DNA of 64,000 bases from IMG/VR virus record IMGVR_UViG_3300042090_001530, positions 96,001-160,000 of that record. The stretch is one strand, 5' to 3'. Below, piece by piece: positions 27,491 to 36,876 of this stretch. Source of the DNA: a virus. Lineage: Duplodnaviria > Caudoviricetes. Under the pieces are notes generated by a model. It saw nothing but the letters and a program-made list of their open reading frames with translations, had not been told where the DNA came from and searched no databases. Numbering within the stretch: position 1 is the first letter of the stretch; each line of letters starts with the position of its first letter. A program made the position numbers and the translations under genes.

Positions 27491-28332
27491 TGCCTGCACG
27501 TCGGACGCTCTTCGTCGATCCCGGCCAGAAGTTCGGACGCGGAACCGTTATCGACCCCGAGGTCAAGGTGGGGCCATCAGGGCAGCAGCGCGGCGCGCGG
27601 CTCGAATGCGAGTGTGGCAATGAGTACTCGGCAAGCCTCAAGTACCTGCTCAACGGCAATACGCAGTCCTGCGGCTGCTTGAGGCGAGGAGTTGTGCAGC
27701 CGGAACTCGACATGGGCGCCCGGCACGGCAGCCTCACCTTCACTGGCGGAACCCGCTACGAGAAGCGGTTCTGGATCCTGGAGTGCACGTGTGACTGCGG
27801 AAACCAGGCTGATGTCCGCTTCGATCGCTGGGGCAAAAACGGCTATTGCACCGAGTGTGCCGCCGTGGCCCGCGGGGCGGCACGCACGGATCACGGACTC
27901 TCGAGGACTGGGGCCTACTCGTCGTGGTGCGCCATGATCGACCGATGCACTCGCCCGAACGCCACGGGCTGGGAGTACTACGGCGGGCGCGGCATCACCG
28001 TGTGCCAGCGGTGGCTTGAGGACGTTCGGAACTTCGTTGCCGATATGGGCGAGCGCCCCGAGGGCACGTCGATCGATCGCATCGACGTCAACGGAAATTA
28101 TGAGCCGGGGAACTGTCGGTGGGCGACCGTGCTCGAGCAGAACAACAACAAGCGGCCGCCGCGGCGCGCGAGGACGTGCCGGCGGGGGTTGCACCCTCGG
28201 ACGCCGGAGAACCTGTACCGCAACCGGACCACTGGCACGTATACGTGCAAGCCGTGCGCCAAGAAGCGGGCGGCGGACAGTTACCTGCGGCTGAAGGCTG
28301 AGCCGCAGCTCGACGCGCCCGCGAAGAAGTAG
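27490..28332 (+). CDS. HNH homing-endonuclease-like protein
   Basis: CECG..TQSCGC, YYGGRGITVC, SIDRIDVNGNYEPGNCRWAT. Confidence 0.9.
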   Translation: MPARRTLFVDPGQKFGRGTVIDPEVKVGPSGQQRGARLECECGNEYSASLKYLLNGNTQSCGCLRRGVVQPELDMGARHGSLTFTGGTRYEKRFWILECTCDCGNQADVRFDRWGKNGYCTECAAVARGAARTDHGLSRTGAYSSWCAMIDRCTRPNATGWEYYGGRGITVCQRWLEDVRNFVADMGERPEGTSIDRIDVNGNYEPGNCRWATVLEQNNNKRPPRRARTCRRGLHPRTPENLYRNRTTGTYTCKPCAKKRAADSYLRLKAEPQLDAPAKK

Positions 28333-28371
28333 CTGCTTCACCCATCCTCGCCGTCAATCAAGGAGAACTTT

Positions 28372-28611
28372 ATGCGCCACCACTGCCCGACCTGCGGCCA
28401 TCGCCTGACGGGCTTCGGCTACCGCTGCGGCTGCGGCCACGTCTGGACCGAGGAGCGCTTCGACGACTTCGGTTTCGACGTCACGGACGGTGATTTCGTC
28501 GAGAACCTCGGGGGCGGGATCGGCTTCGACGTGCGGACCGGTCAACTCGAGGAGGAGATCGCGCCGGGGATCGACGTGCCGTTGGGTGACATGTTCGGCG
28601 GCGGCTGGTAA
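28372..28611 (+). CDS. zinc-ribbon protein with acidic C-terminus
   Basis: AAGGAG RBS; CPTC..CGC. Confidence 0.65.
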   Translation: MRHHCPTCGHRLTGFGYRCGCGHVWTEERFDDFGFDVTDGDFVENLGGGIGFDVRTGQLEEEIAPGIDVPLGDMFGGGW

Positions 28612-28626
28612 GGGTCGAGCGCGGCG

Positions 28627-28657
28627 CCGCCCCGACGCGGGCAGCGATCGGGGCGGC
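28627..28657 (+). terminator. GC-rich hairpin after 28611 stop
   Basis: CCGCCCCGA...TCGGGGCGG. Confidence 0.45.
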
Positions 28658-28661
28658 GGAT

Positions 28662-28677
28662 CCGTTGTCGACAACGG
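28662..28677. promoter_or_regulatory. perfect 16-bp palindrome, candidate operator
   Basis: CCGTTGTCGACAACGG. Confidence 0.4.
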
Positions 28678-28790
28678 GCTGCGGCTGGCCGGCAGGGGGG
28701 AGTGCCGGACCAGCGATTCCAGCGTACCTCTGGGCAACGATTCGCGCCGGTTTTCCGTCACGGCCGCCCCCGGTGGGGTACAACGTATGG

Positions 28791-28994
28791 GTGGAAACTG
28801 TGCTGTCGCCTGAGCTTGCGTCAGACCTGGTTGCCGCCTGTGCTGCGCGAAACGTGATCCACTTCGACATCTGTACCGTCTACGACGCGGAGAACCCGGA
28901 GTTCGGGTGCTCGTGCGGGATCCCGCGGCTGCTCGCCGAGTTGAAGGCCGCGCTCCTCGGCGACCTCGAGCCGGTGCCGGCGCGTCGGGCTTGA
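28791..28994 (+). CDS. hypothetical protein
   Basis: ORF with H..C...CSC motif; start uncertain. Confidence 0.4.
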   Translation: METVLSPELASDLVAACAARNVIHFDICTVYDAENPEFGCSCGIPRLLAELKAALLGDLEPVPARRA

Positions 28995-29111
28995 ACGGCG
29001 AACAATTGGCGCACAACGTCTGTCCGCGACGGCGCGTGGCCGTTCTAGGCCTATCCTGGTCTCGGGTACGAGCGGACCGCTGCGGTCCCGTCGGCTGGCG
29101 GGGCCGCTGCT

Positions 29112-29933
29112 ATGCCAGGTGGCCTAGTTACGGGTCGGCTGGGCGAACGCCGTGTAGTGCGACCGGCGCTGCGGGACACTGGCGACATGTCGTTGAAGCA
29201 GGCGCTCGCCGCGAATCGTTGGATTCCTCGGCTGCTGGCGGTCGTGACGGTGTCGGCGTTGAACTTTGCGTGGGTGGTCGTGGCGCATGAGCCACGGAGC
29301 GTGGGGCTGCCGCCGTCGCTGGGCCTGGACGGTTTGGGCGCGTGGTGCGTCGTGATGTCGGTGCGTACGGGGCTGGCTCAGGCCGGCGTGCGATTGGCGG
29401 CTGAGGCTACGGAGTCTGTCGAGTTGCGCACCCCGCGTGTCCCGGACGCCGGCCCGGATCAGTGCCCGGTATGCGGCGGCTTCGGCCTAGACGCGCTCGC
29501 TGCCGACGACCAGTTCATGGAGCGTGGCCCGGACCGGGCGAAGGTCGTGACGTACGGGCCACGGCGGGCGCACTGGGACTGCGCCGAAGTCGTGCCGTAT
29601 AAGCCGGTCACTGCGGTCGAGTTGCGGGCCGAGGCCCACAGGGCCGAACATGTCGGCCAATTCCACCCCGACTGCTTCGAGTGTCTGCATAGCGAAGAAC
29701 CTTGGCGCCAGGCCGCAGCGCGGGAACACGCAGTGTCGCAGGCCCAGGCTCGCGAACGGGCGCGCGAGCGGCGGCGCCAATCGGATGCGGCGTTCGCCGC
29801 TTCAGTGCGGCCCCCAGCGACGAGCGAGCACTCTCTTGACGAGATGGAGTTGCGCGCCGCCGCGAACGCCGCGTGGTGCGAGGAGCAGTCAGCGCGGATG
29901 GTCGAGGAGACGCGGCGGAGGTGGACGTCCTGA
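29112..29933 (+). CDS. hypothetical membrane protein with Cys/His motifs; start uncertain
   Basis: two hydrophobic segments, CPVC, HWDC, DCFEC. Confidence 0.5.
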   Translation: MPGGLVTGRLGERRVVRPALRDTGDMSLKQALAANRWIPRLLAVVTVSALNFAWVVVAHEPRSVGLPPSLGLDGLGAWCVVMSVRTGLAQAGVRLAAEATESVELRTPRVPDAGPDQCPVCGGFGLDALAADDQFMERGPDRAKVVTYGPRRAHWDCAEVVPYKPVTAVELRAEAHRAEHVGQFHPDCFECLHSEEPWRQAAAREHAVSQAQARERARERRRQSDAAFAASVRPPATSEHSLDEMELRAAANAAWCEEQSARMVEETRRRWTS

Positions 29934-30238
29934 AGTCTCTCCTGCCTCGCGGCACGTGCAGCGGCTGCCGTGAGATCGTCGAGTACCTGCCCGACGGGCT
30001 GCCCGTTCCGCACGCGATCGACGTCTACGCCTCGCGCCTCGCTGCTGGGGAGGACGTCCCCTGCCCCGGCAATGAGCATCCGATCGTGGAGATGCCGCCG
30101 GAGGGCTTCGACGGGATCTGTCAGTATGTGCGTCCGTTGGCGTGGACGCGGCTTTCGGGCTCGGGCGATCCCGGCGTCGAGGTGTTCCTGATGCTCGACG
30201 GGCGGATCTGCACGCGGACTGCGGTGGTCCCCACCTGA
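29921..30238 (+). CDS. hypothetical protein
   Basis: GGAGG before GTG; CSGC motif. Confidence 0.5.
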   Translation: MDVLKSLLPRGTCSGCREIVEYLPDGLPVPHAIDVYASRLAAGEDVPCPGNEHPIVEMPPEGFDGICQYVRPLAWTRLSGSGDPGVEVFLMLDGRICTRTAVVPT

Positions 30239-30279
30239 CTGTGTCCGCCCACGGTGGGAGCGTGCAACGGCAAAGCGAA

Positions 30280-30305
30280 CGGCCCCCGTCCGGGAACGGG
30301 GGCCG
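30280..30305. terminator. hairpin between convergent units
   Basis: CGGCCCCCGT-ccggga-ACGGGGGCCG. Confidence 0.6.
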
Positions 30306-30691
30306 CTGCTGGCTGGCCCTGGCCGCGCGTTCAGGTCGGTGCGTGCGCGGAACCCCGGCGGTCGAGCGGGACGGTCAAGCCGCCCCGGTGCCGCCTCCCA
30401 TCCAATAACCAGCCTCATCATCATGGTGGGAGCTGAGGCGCTCCCCGCACCCTGGTCCAGGCACTACGGGCCTCGACGTCTACGGCAGTTTCTGCGCTGC
30501 TATCGACGAGGCTTGCGGGCGAGGTAGCGCAGGTCTCTTCTCGCCGCTCGGTCTCTATTGGGGAGCGGATCCACGGTAGCAGGACGCGGCGACAGGCGCT
30601 GGGGAATGGTGCGTCCCGGGCTGCGCTGTGCCACAGGCGCGTTCTGCAACCCTTGTTGCGGGCTGGGTAAACCCGGGACGCTGCCACCAGT

Positions 30692-31126
30692 CTAGACATC
30701 CGTAAGCAGACTCTCGTCGGAGTACCGGTCAACGAACGACAGCCGCCAGTCCGCCGGTAGCTGCTCGCCGCAGTCCGGGTCGACGCACAACCAGGCGACA
30801 CGGTTGCCGTCCACGTCGTCAACGGGCACGGCGTCACGGTGCTTCGACGGGCACGCGTCTTGCCCGGTCCACGGGTCGACGGGCCCGAGCGGTCCGAAGT
30901 GCATGCGGCGCCCCTTCCTGTCGCTGCGGGTTGGCCGGATCGCTATCCAGATGCACCAGAGCATGCACGCGAGCAGCGGGCCGCACATGACGAACAGGGG
31001 CACGTAGTGCCCGGCCGGGTAGTTGCCGGGCAGAGTGCCATGTCGTCCATGCCAGCGACTGTACGCGGGCCCTACGTGGCATCCACGACGCCTCCTCGGC
31101 GCGCGCCCGTCAGGCCGCCGCAGCAT
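30692..31126 (-). CDS. hypothetical membrane protein; start uncertain
   Basis: hydrophobic VPLFVMCGPLLACMLWCIWIAI then CPSKH..WLC..CG. Confidence 0.45.
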   Translation of the reverse strand: MLRRPDGRAPRRRRGCHVGPAYSRWHGRHGTLPGNYPAGHYVPLFVMCGPLLACMLWCIWIAIRPTRSDRKGRRMHFGPLGPVDPWTGQDACPSKHRDAVPVDDVDGNRVAWLCVDPDCGEQLPADWRLSFVDRYSDESLLTDV

Positions 31127-32171
31127 CGCCCGTGAGCCCGAGCGGTTCGAGCACTGCGGTCGGCCACTCCGACAGCGGGCGTGTGTTGAGCCCCGCCAGG
31201 AGGGCGTGCGCGGCGATCTGACGGTCGTAGCGCCACGTGGTCTCGGCACTGGTCCAACGGGGCTCCACAATGGCCGCCAGCGCCTCCGCATGACCCGCAG
31301 CGACGGCCTGCTCGTCGGCCCACCCCAACGCCATCAACGAGAACTCGATGACCTTGTGCGGTTCCTCGGGCGAACGGGAACTCTCGACGGCAGCGATGGC
31401 CGCTTGGATCGTGTCTCGCTCTCGCTGCCGCTTTTCCTGTGCGGACAACTGCGGCGGGGGAGCGGACTCGTCTACTTGATCACTGGCCGTTCGCTCGCGC
31501 GGCGCCGTTTTTGCGCCGTGCCCCGCCGGGAGGCCGCTGGCACGTTCGCCGCCCGCGATTTGTTTGCCCGGCGGCATGGTTGCGGCAGACGCATCACCTG
31601 GCTCGTCTACTGGTCGATCAGCTGAAGAATCTAGTGATTGCTCATGGCCCCGCAGTTTTGCAGGGGTGACCCCCGCAAAGCTGCCCGGGTGACCCTGGCA
31701 ATCCTGCGGGGGAGACCCCTGCAGATCTGCCGGGGGGACCCCTGCAATATTGCGGGGGTCTAATCCTTCATCCTCCATCGCAGCCCGAATCGCGCGCGCC
31801 GTCTCCTGCTTCTCCCGCACCTTCTTGCGGCGCTCCAGCCGTGCCGGTCGGACCTTCTTGTACGGATCGAACGCCGGATCCATGAACGGCTCGATCTCCC
31901 GGTCGGTGACGTTCAGGCGATACAGATTCGAGGACCGCGTGCCGTCGTCACGCCAGCGCTCGGAGATCTCGATGATGTCCATCTCTGCCAGCTTGGCGCA
32001 GTGGCGGCTCGCCGTCCCGGTGTCCGTGAGGCCGAGTTCGGAAGCGAGCCGGTCCAGGCCGATCCAGCACTCGTGTTCTTCGTTGCAGTGGTCGGCAATG
32101 ACGGACAACGTGAAGCGGACCATGCCGCGCGGTTCGACCTTCGCGAGCGCCCACTTGCGGTGGTACCACAT
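31110..32171 (-). CDS. phage replication initiator-like protein (N-terminal HTH, lambda O-like layout)
   Basis: FTLSVIADHCNEEHECWIGLDRLASELG...SRHCAKLAEMDII...SNLYRL; internal iterons. Confidence 0.8.
   Translation of the reverse strand: MWYHRKWALAKVEPRGMVRFTLSVIADHCNEEHECWIGLDRLASELGLTDTGTASRHCAKLAEMDIIEISERWRDDGTRSSNLYRLNVTDREIEPFMDPAFDPYKKVRPARLERRKKVREKQETARAIRAAMEDEGLDPRNIAGVPPADLQGSPPQDCQGHPGSFAGVTPAKLRGHEQSLDSSADRPVDEPGDASAATMPPGKQIAGGERASGLPAGHGAKTAPRERTASDQVDESAPPPQLSAQEKRQRERDTIQAAIAAVESSRSPEEPHKVIEFSLMALGWADEQAVAAGHAEALAAIVEPRWTSAETTWRYDRQIAAHALLAGLNTRPLSEWPTAVLEPLGLTGDAAAA
31658..31758. repeat. four and a half tandem 23-bp dyad repeats (iterons, probable origin)
   Basis: units start at 31658, 31681, 31704, 31727 and (partial) 31750; consensus YTGC-NNGGG-NGACCC-YNGCA-RNN. 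Confidence 0.85.
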
Positions 32172-32224
32172 CAGCGGGCACCGCCGTTCGGGGTGCGCTT
32201 GTCACCGGGGGCGGTTATCCTCAT
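32171..32224 (-). CDS. 17-aa leader ORF coupled to initiator start
   Basis: AAGGAG at 32240-32235; MRITAPGDKRTPNGGAR*; TGA overlaps rep ATG (TGATG). Confidence 0.5.
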   Translation of the reverse strand: MRITAPGDKRTPNGGAR

Positions 32225-32416
32225 AACAGATGTGCTCCTTCGGCAGGGGAGTGGGTCGGCGAGCGGCAAACTCGCTGATCATCAGCGTGCGGGTCGGTTC
32301 TACGGAATCGGCTCGCACGCTTGTTTTCATCATCCCAGACCGCGCCGACATTCGGCGCAGGACAAGGCAACTGTCGACACGTCATGACGTACCTCGCATG
32401 GGGGACACTGGACGGC

Positions 32417-33145
32417 ATGAAGTCCACCGCCGACCAGTCGCCACAGCGATGCGCCCACTGCGGCAGGAAGATCTACTACTGCGCTGGCGACGAGTCATGG
32501 GCCGAGGGCTGGTGCCACGTCAAATCCAACCTCCGGCACTGCGACTACACGCACAACCTCGCCGCACCGACCGACCCCGACGGCGAGCACTCGTTCGCGA
32601 TTGAGCACGGCCCGCTCGACCCGAGCACGCGCGCGATGGTGGCTGCGGCGACGGGTGGCCAGCGGCGCGCGACCGAGGTTCACGCGCGGCTCGAGTGCGA
32701 GTCGTCGAGTGGGGACCCCTTCGAGTTTGCAACCAGCACCGTGCGGTTGGGCAGCGGCCCGACGATCCCGGCGGCGTCGTTCTCGATGGCGACTGACCCG
32801 CCAGCCCCGGCCTACAAGTTCGAAGCGGGCAGTATCAAGGCGCACGGCACGCTCACTGGGACGTTCGACAGCGACGTCCTCGCCGGGCTGCTCGGGTTCT
32901 CCGTCTCGCCCCGCTACGGGATGACGTGCGTGTTCCCGGAAGACGCCGACAAGCGGTGCCCCGTATGCCAGAAGCCTGCATGGGCGGTCGCGGTCGAGGA
33001 CGTGAGGATCGCCAGCAGTGGTCCGGCGTGGAACCCGGACGGCAGTGTCAGTTACGGACTCGCCGGCTTCGACGAGTCCGGGTACCGCTGCGAGCCGTGC
33101 GGGCACCGGTTCGACCGGGACGGGAAGGAGATCGCAGGTGCATGA
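32417..33145 (+). CDS. hypothetical protein with two zinc-finger motifs
   Basis: CAHC, CPVC...CEPC. Confidence 0.6.
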   Translation: MKSTADQSPQRCAHCGRKIYYCAGDESWAEGWCHVKSNLRHCDYTHNLAAPTDPDGEHSFAIEHGPLDPSTRAMVAAATGGQRRATEVHARLECESSSGDPFEFATSTVRLGSGPTIPAASFSMATDPPAPAYKFEAGSIKAHGTLTGTFDSDVLAGLLGFSVSPRYGMTCVFPEDADKRCPVCQKPAWAVAVEDVRIASSGPAWNPDGSVSYGLAGFDESGYRCEPCGHRFDRDGKEIAGA

Positions 33146-33383
33146 GGACGACCTGCACCCGGCGATCGAGGACTGGTTCGCCCAGCGCCTCGAATTCATG
33201 CCCTGCGACGACGACCTTGAGATGCACGACGCTCTCGTGATGGCCGCGCACGCGATCTCCGCGTCGATCAACGCGCATCCAACGCTGGCGAACGTGAAGG
33301 CGATCGCGGCGGCGTTGGGTATCGGTGACGACGACGGGCGCGTCATCGAGGGCGCGACTGTGCGGAAGGGGATCGAGGGCTGA
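33138..33383 (+). CDS. hypothetical protein
   Basis: AAGGAG RBS. Confidence 0.55.
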   Translation: MHEDDLHPAIEDWFAQRLEFMPCDDDLEMHDALVMAAHAISASINAHPTLANVKAIAAALGIGDDDGRVIEGATVRKGIEG

Positions 33384-33544
33384 TGGGGAGCCATCACGAG
33401 CCGTCGCTGTACTCGTCGCGCCGCTACGGCTGCTGGGCGACGTGCGAGTGCGGGCGCTGGCACTCGAAGCGGTGGACGACGACGATCGGGGCGCACATCG
33501 AGTTCGGCGATCATCTGCTGAGGGAGCACCGTGGAACCGAGTGA
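33383..33544 (+). CDS. small CxCG/His protein
   Basis: TGATG overlap; WATCECGRW...H. Confidence 0.45.
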   Translation: MGSHHEPSLYSSRRYGCWATCECGRWHSKRWTTTIGAHIEFGDHLLREHRGTE

Positions 33545-33881
33545 GGCAGCAGCCGAGGCGTTCGGCAGCCTGAAGACGGCGTTCGCGGCACTGCGCGAGG
33601 ACGACACCGACGCGGCATGGGAACTCGCGCAGGACGTGTTCTGGTGGGCGCTCGGCAACGGCGCAGGGCACGAAGGCCCGGACGCCGGGTACCTGGTTAC
33701 GCTCGGCCGACGAGTGAAGGACACGGAGGCGGAGCGCACCCTGACCGCGCTCGCGATGATCCGCGGCGTGATCGGGGTCGAACCAGTGCCGGAAGGTGGC
33801 GAGGTGAACCACGCGCACTACATCGCCCGGCAGCGGGTTCGGGACGAGGTTCAGAAGTTCGCGTTCGGATGGCCGGAGTGA
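33531..33881 (+). CDS. hypothetical protein
   Basis: GAGGGAG RBS. Confidence 0.55.
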   Translation: MEPSEAAAEAFGSLKTAFAALREDDTDAAWELAQDVFWWALGNGAGHEGPDAGYLVTLGRRVKDTEAERTLTALAMIRGVIGVEPVPEGGEVNHAHYIARQRVRDEVQKFAFGWPE

Positions 33882-34090
33882 GCGAGCCCGCGGATTTCCT
33901 ACGTGTCCCGATGCCCGGCGGTGGCAGCCGGACGCTGTTGACGCGGTTCACGGACGGCAGCGTGCTGTGCTGCATCTGCTGGGAACGCTGCCGCATGGAC
34001 GAGTTGAACCCGGTCGGCGACGGCAAGGTCGAGGACGTGTGCAAGCAGTGCGCTGCGGACGAGATGCGGGAACTGGGACGGCGCGCGTGA
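33878..34090 (+). CDS. hypothetical zinc-finger protein
   Basis: CCIC...CKQC. Confidence 0.55.
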   Translation: MSEPADFLRVPMPGGGSRTLLTRFTDGSVLCCICWERCRMDELNPVGDGKVEDVCKQCAADEMRELGRRA

Positions 34091-34806
34091 CCGCCGTCCA
34101 GCCCTTCCCGGACGTGCCAGCCTGGCAGGAGCCGCCGGAACGCTCCCAACGCTGCCTCGACCTCCTCGACCGGCTCCAGGCCGGCACGTGGCGCCCGCAC
34201 GAGGCGACGATGTGGCGCGAGGACCGGGACGCCGCGAAACGCTTCCGGATCCATCCGTGGGAATGGCAAAACCTGATCTGCCCCGCCTGGGCCGAACTGG
34301 CCGCCGCGAACCCGAACTGCCGCTGGCCGGTCTACCGTCTCCCGCACTGCCCGAGCCAGATCCTCCTGCCGGGCTGCGAACGCGACTACAGCAGCGGCAG
34401 CGGATACAGCAACGTGATTCAGGCTTACTGCACATGCCCCGAACCCGACACGGCGGCGTGGCCGCACGAGTTCTACCATCGGGTCCACTGGGTCACCCAC
34501 GACGGCAAGTCCGCGTACTGCCACTGCGGGCCGGGCGAGCAGCCGCCCGGGTCCGGGGAGTACGGGGGCACCAACGGCGACGGGTACGTGTGCGAGTCGT
34601 GCGCGCCGCTGCTCGTCACCGAGCGGTTGACGTGGGACAGCAAGTGGGTCTCCGGGCCGGGCCATGTGGGCGACGGGCCGTCGTGGAGCCATCCGTTGAA
34701 GTGCGACTGCCGCTGCTGTTACTGCGGGGACGTGGCCAAGGAGCGCCGCGGCTGGCGGCTCAACGGGCACCCGGCGACGGCGGACTCGAAATGTCCTAAT
34801 GCTTGA
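34087..34806 (+). CDS. Cys-rich hypothetical protein
   Basis: many Cys clusters incl. CDCRCCYC; GTGA overlap. Confidence 0.6.
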   Translation: MTAVQPFPDVPAWQEPPERSQRCLDLLDRLQAGTWRPHEATMWREDRDAAKRFRIHPWEWQNLICPAWAELAAANPNCRWPVYRLPHCPSQILLPGCERDYSSGSGYSNVIQAYCTCPEPDTAAWPHEFYHRVHWVTHDGKSAYCHCGPGEQPPGSGEYGGTNGDGYVCESCAPLLVTERLTWDSKWVSGPGHVGDGPSWSHPLKCDCRCCYCGDVAKERRGWRLNGHPATADSKCPNA

Positions 34807-34866
34807 GACTTGACTTCCTCCCCACGCCTAAAGGCGGGGGATTCCGACTCCTGCGAGCCGGTGCGC

Positions 34867-36063
34867 TTACCTTCGCAGGCGCGCTGGTTCCTGCTTCACG
34901 GACCGGCCAACACCGAGGTCTCCACAGGCTGTCACGGCAAGCCCTGCCGCGAGTATGTTCTTCGCCGCGTTCACGTCGGCGTGGTCTCGGTGGCCGCAAG
35001 CCGTGCACGCGAACACCGCTTGGCTCTCACGGCTGTTCGCGTCCACCCGCTTGCACCGATGGCACGTCTGGGACGTGTACGCGGCGGGGACTTTCTTCAC
35101 CCCCGACCCCGTGTAGCGGGCTGCGGAGCGCAGTGCTGTCTCGAACTGGTACCAGCCCTTGTCCAAGATGGCGCGGTTCAGGCCGGACTTCTGCGCGACG
35201 TTGCGGCCCGGGGCGTCGAGCGTGCCGGCCGCGGTCTTGGTCATGTTCCGGGTCTTGAGATCCTCGAGGACGATCAGGGCGTGGTCGCGGGTCAACCCGT
35301 GTGCGGTCTGGGCGCAGAAGTCCGCCCTACGTTCGACCGGCGCCCGGTGCGCCTTCGCGAGCAGGGCCGCGGTCTTCTTCCGGTTGCTCGAGCCGCGCTT
35401 GGACCGGGCGAGTTTCTGCTGCAGCCGACGCCGGTGCTCGAGCTCGCCGGGGGTGGCGAACACCTGGTCGTGCAGGTCGCCGTCCGATGTGGCGGCAGCG
35501 ACCACGACGCCGCGGTCCACACCTACCGCAGTGTCCGGCAGGGCGTGGGTTTCGGCCGGGATCTCGCCGTCTTCGACGAGGAAACTGACGTACCAGTGCC
35601 CGGTCTTGAACGACACCGTCGCGTTGCGGATCACGCCGCCGAGCGGCCGGGACCAGCGGAATTTCACCCAGCCGAACTTTGGAAGCTTGACGCGGGCATG
35701 ACTCCGATTGAGTTGCTCCACCGCCATCCACTTGCCTTCGGAAAGGCGAAACGACGGCTTCCACCGTGTCTTGGAGCGCCAGTGCACGGCGAAGGTGCCG
35801 TGCTTGCGGCACGCCTTGTCCAGGTCCATCAGGGTCTGCTGGAGAACGCAGGACGGCGCCTCGGCGAGCCACGGGAACTCGCGCTTCGCCTCGGCGAGCT
35901 CGGCGGCCTGCTGCTCGTAGTTGATCCACGCGCCGCGCTGCCGGTAGATCCGCCGCTGCTCCAGCGCGGTGTTCCACACGTCCCGGCACGCCGCGCCCAC
36001 CTGCTCCGCATAGGCGACCTGAGCGGGCGTCAACTCCAACCGGTACCGGCGCGCGGTGAGCAT
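34867..36063 (-). CDS. tnpB: RNA-guided endonuclease TnpB
   Basis: GVDRG / LEDL / HADVNAA, CHRC..CTAC; TGATG-coupled to tnpA. Confidence 0.95.
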   Translation of the reverse strand: MLTARRYRLELTPAQVAYAEQVGAACRDVWNTALEQRRIYRQRGAWINYEQQAAELAEAKREFPWLAEAPSCVLQQTLMDLDKACRKHGTFAVHWRSKTRWKPSFRLSEGKWMAVEQLNRSHARVKLPKFGWVKFRWSRPLGGVIRNATVSFKTGHWYVSFLVEDGEIPAETHALPDTAVGVDRGVVVAAATSDGDLHDQVFATPGELEHRRRLQQKLARSKRGSSNRKKTAALLAKAHRAPVERRADFCAQTAHGLTRDHALIVLEDLKTRNMTKTAAGTLDAPGRNVAQKSGLNRAILDKGWYQFETALRSAARYTGSGVKKVPAAYTSQTCHRCKRVDANSRESQAVFACTACGHRDHADVNAAKNILAAGLAVTACGDLGVGRSVKQEPARLRR

Positions 36064-36461
36064 CAGGCCTTCTTCTGGTTCTCGACGTACCGCTTGACGG
36101 CCTCCAGCGGCGCACCGCCGACCGTGGCGACGAAGTACGAGTTCGTCCACAGGGTGGGGAGTTTCGTCGTCAGGTACGGGAACTCCTGGCGCAGGAGCCT
36201 CGATGAGCGGCCCTTGATGGCTTTGACGAGGCGGTGGATGCCGTACTGCGGGTCGACTTCGACGAGCAGGTGGACGTGGTCCGGCATGCATTCGAGTTCG
36301 ATAAGCCATGCGCCCTTCTCGTCGACCACTTCCCGGATGATCTCCTTGAGGCGCTCCTCCATCCGGCCGCCGATCACGCGGCGCCGGTACTTCGGGCACC
36401 ACACGACGTGGAACGCGCACTGGAACGCGATGTTCCTGTTCGCGCGCAAGGTGACGGCCAT
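36063..36461 (-). CDS. tnpA: IS200/IS605 transposase
   Basis: HVVWCPKYRR, PDHVHLLV, WTNSYF, VKRYVENQK; TATACT -10 six nt upstream (leaderless). Confidence 0.96.
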   Translation of the reverse strand: MAVTLRANRNIAFQCAFHVVWCPKYRRRVIGGRMEERLKEIIREVVDEKGAWLIELECMPDHVHLLVEVDPQYGIHRLVKAIKGRSSRLLRQEFPYLTTKLPTLWTNSYFVATVGGAPLEAVKRYVENQKKA

Positions 36462-36653
36462 GAGATCAGTATACAGCTTCGCCCTGTCTAAGGGTGCGGG
36501 GAAGGGGCTTACCCCCATGGCTCAAGCCAGGGGTCCGCGCCCCAACTCTCCGATCGATTCTGGTACCGTCCGGCACGATCGGCGCTGGTGATTCGCCCGC
36601 TCCGGGTGTCACACTGGCCTTCAGAGATCAACACGCAGAGAACAGGCAGAGTA

Positions 36654-36860
36654 GTGGCAAACGGCACGGTGAAGTGGTTCAACGCGGAGAAGGGCTACGG
36701 TTTCATCGCCCAGGAGGGTGGTGGCCCGGATGTCTTCGTGCACTATTCGGCCCTGTCCGGCGACGGCTACCGGGAGCTCGTCGAGAAGCAGCGCGTCCAG
36801 TTCGAGGTCACCCAGGGAACCAAGGGCCCGCAGGCTGCGAACGTCGTCGTCATCGGCTGA
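36654..36860 (+). CDS. cspA: cold-shock protein
   Basis: [15 protein letters not shown]...DVFVHYS...GPQAANV. Confidence 0.95.
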   Translation: MANGTVKWFNAEKGYGFIAQEGGGPDVFVHYSALSGDGYRELVEKQRVQFEVTQGTKGPQAANVVVIG

Positions 36861-36876
36861 CGTAGCCGACCAGCAC

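Larger units (their letters stand above)
34810..36552 (-). mobile_element. IS200/IS605-family element, tandem tnpA-tnpB
   Basis: minus strand: target CGAT (36556-36553); LE guide CGGA and hairpin CCCCTGGCT-TG-AGCCATGGGG; RE GAAT-CCCCCGCC-TTTA-GGCGTGGG..TCAA ending at 34810. Confidence 0.93.

Noticed and set aside
31658-31758. CRISPR-like repeat array
   Set aside because: Repeats are contiguous with no unique spacers and no cas genes; better explained as iterons
34917-34935. DnaA-box-like TCCACAGGCTGT in the second IS
   Set aside because: Part of the usual tnpB 3'/omegaRNA region; the partner box is absent
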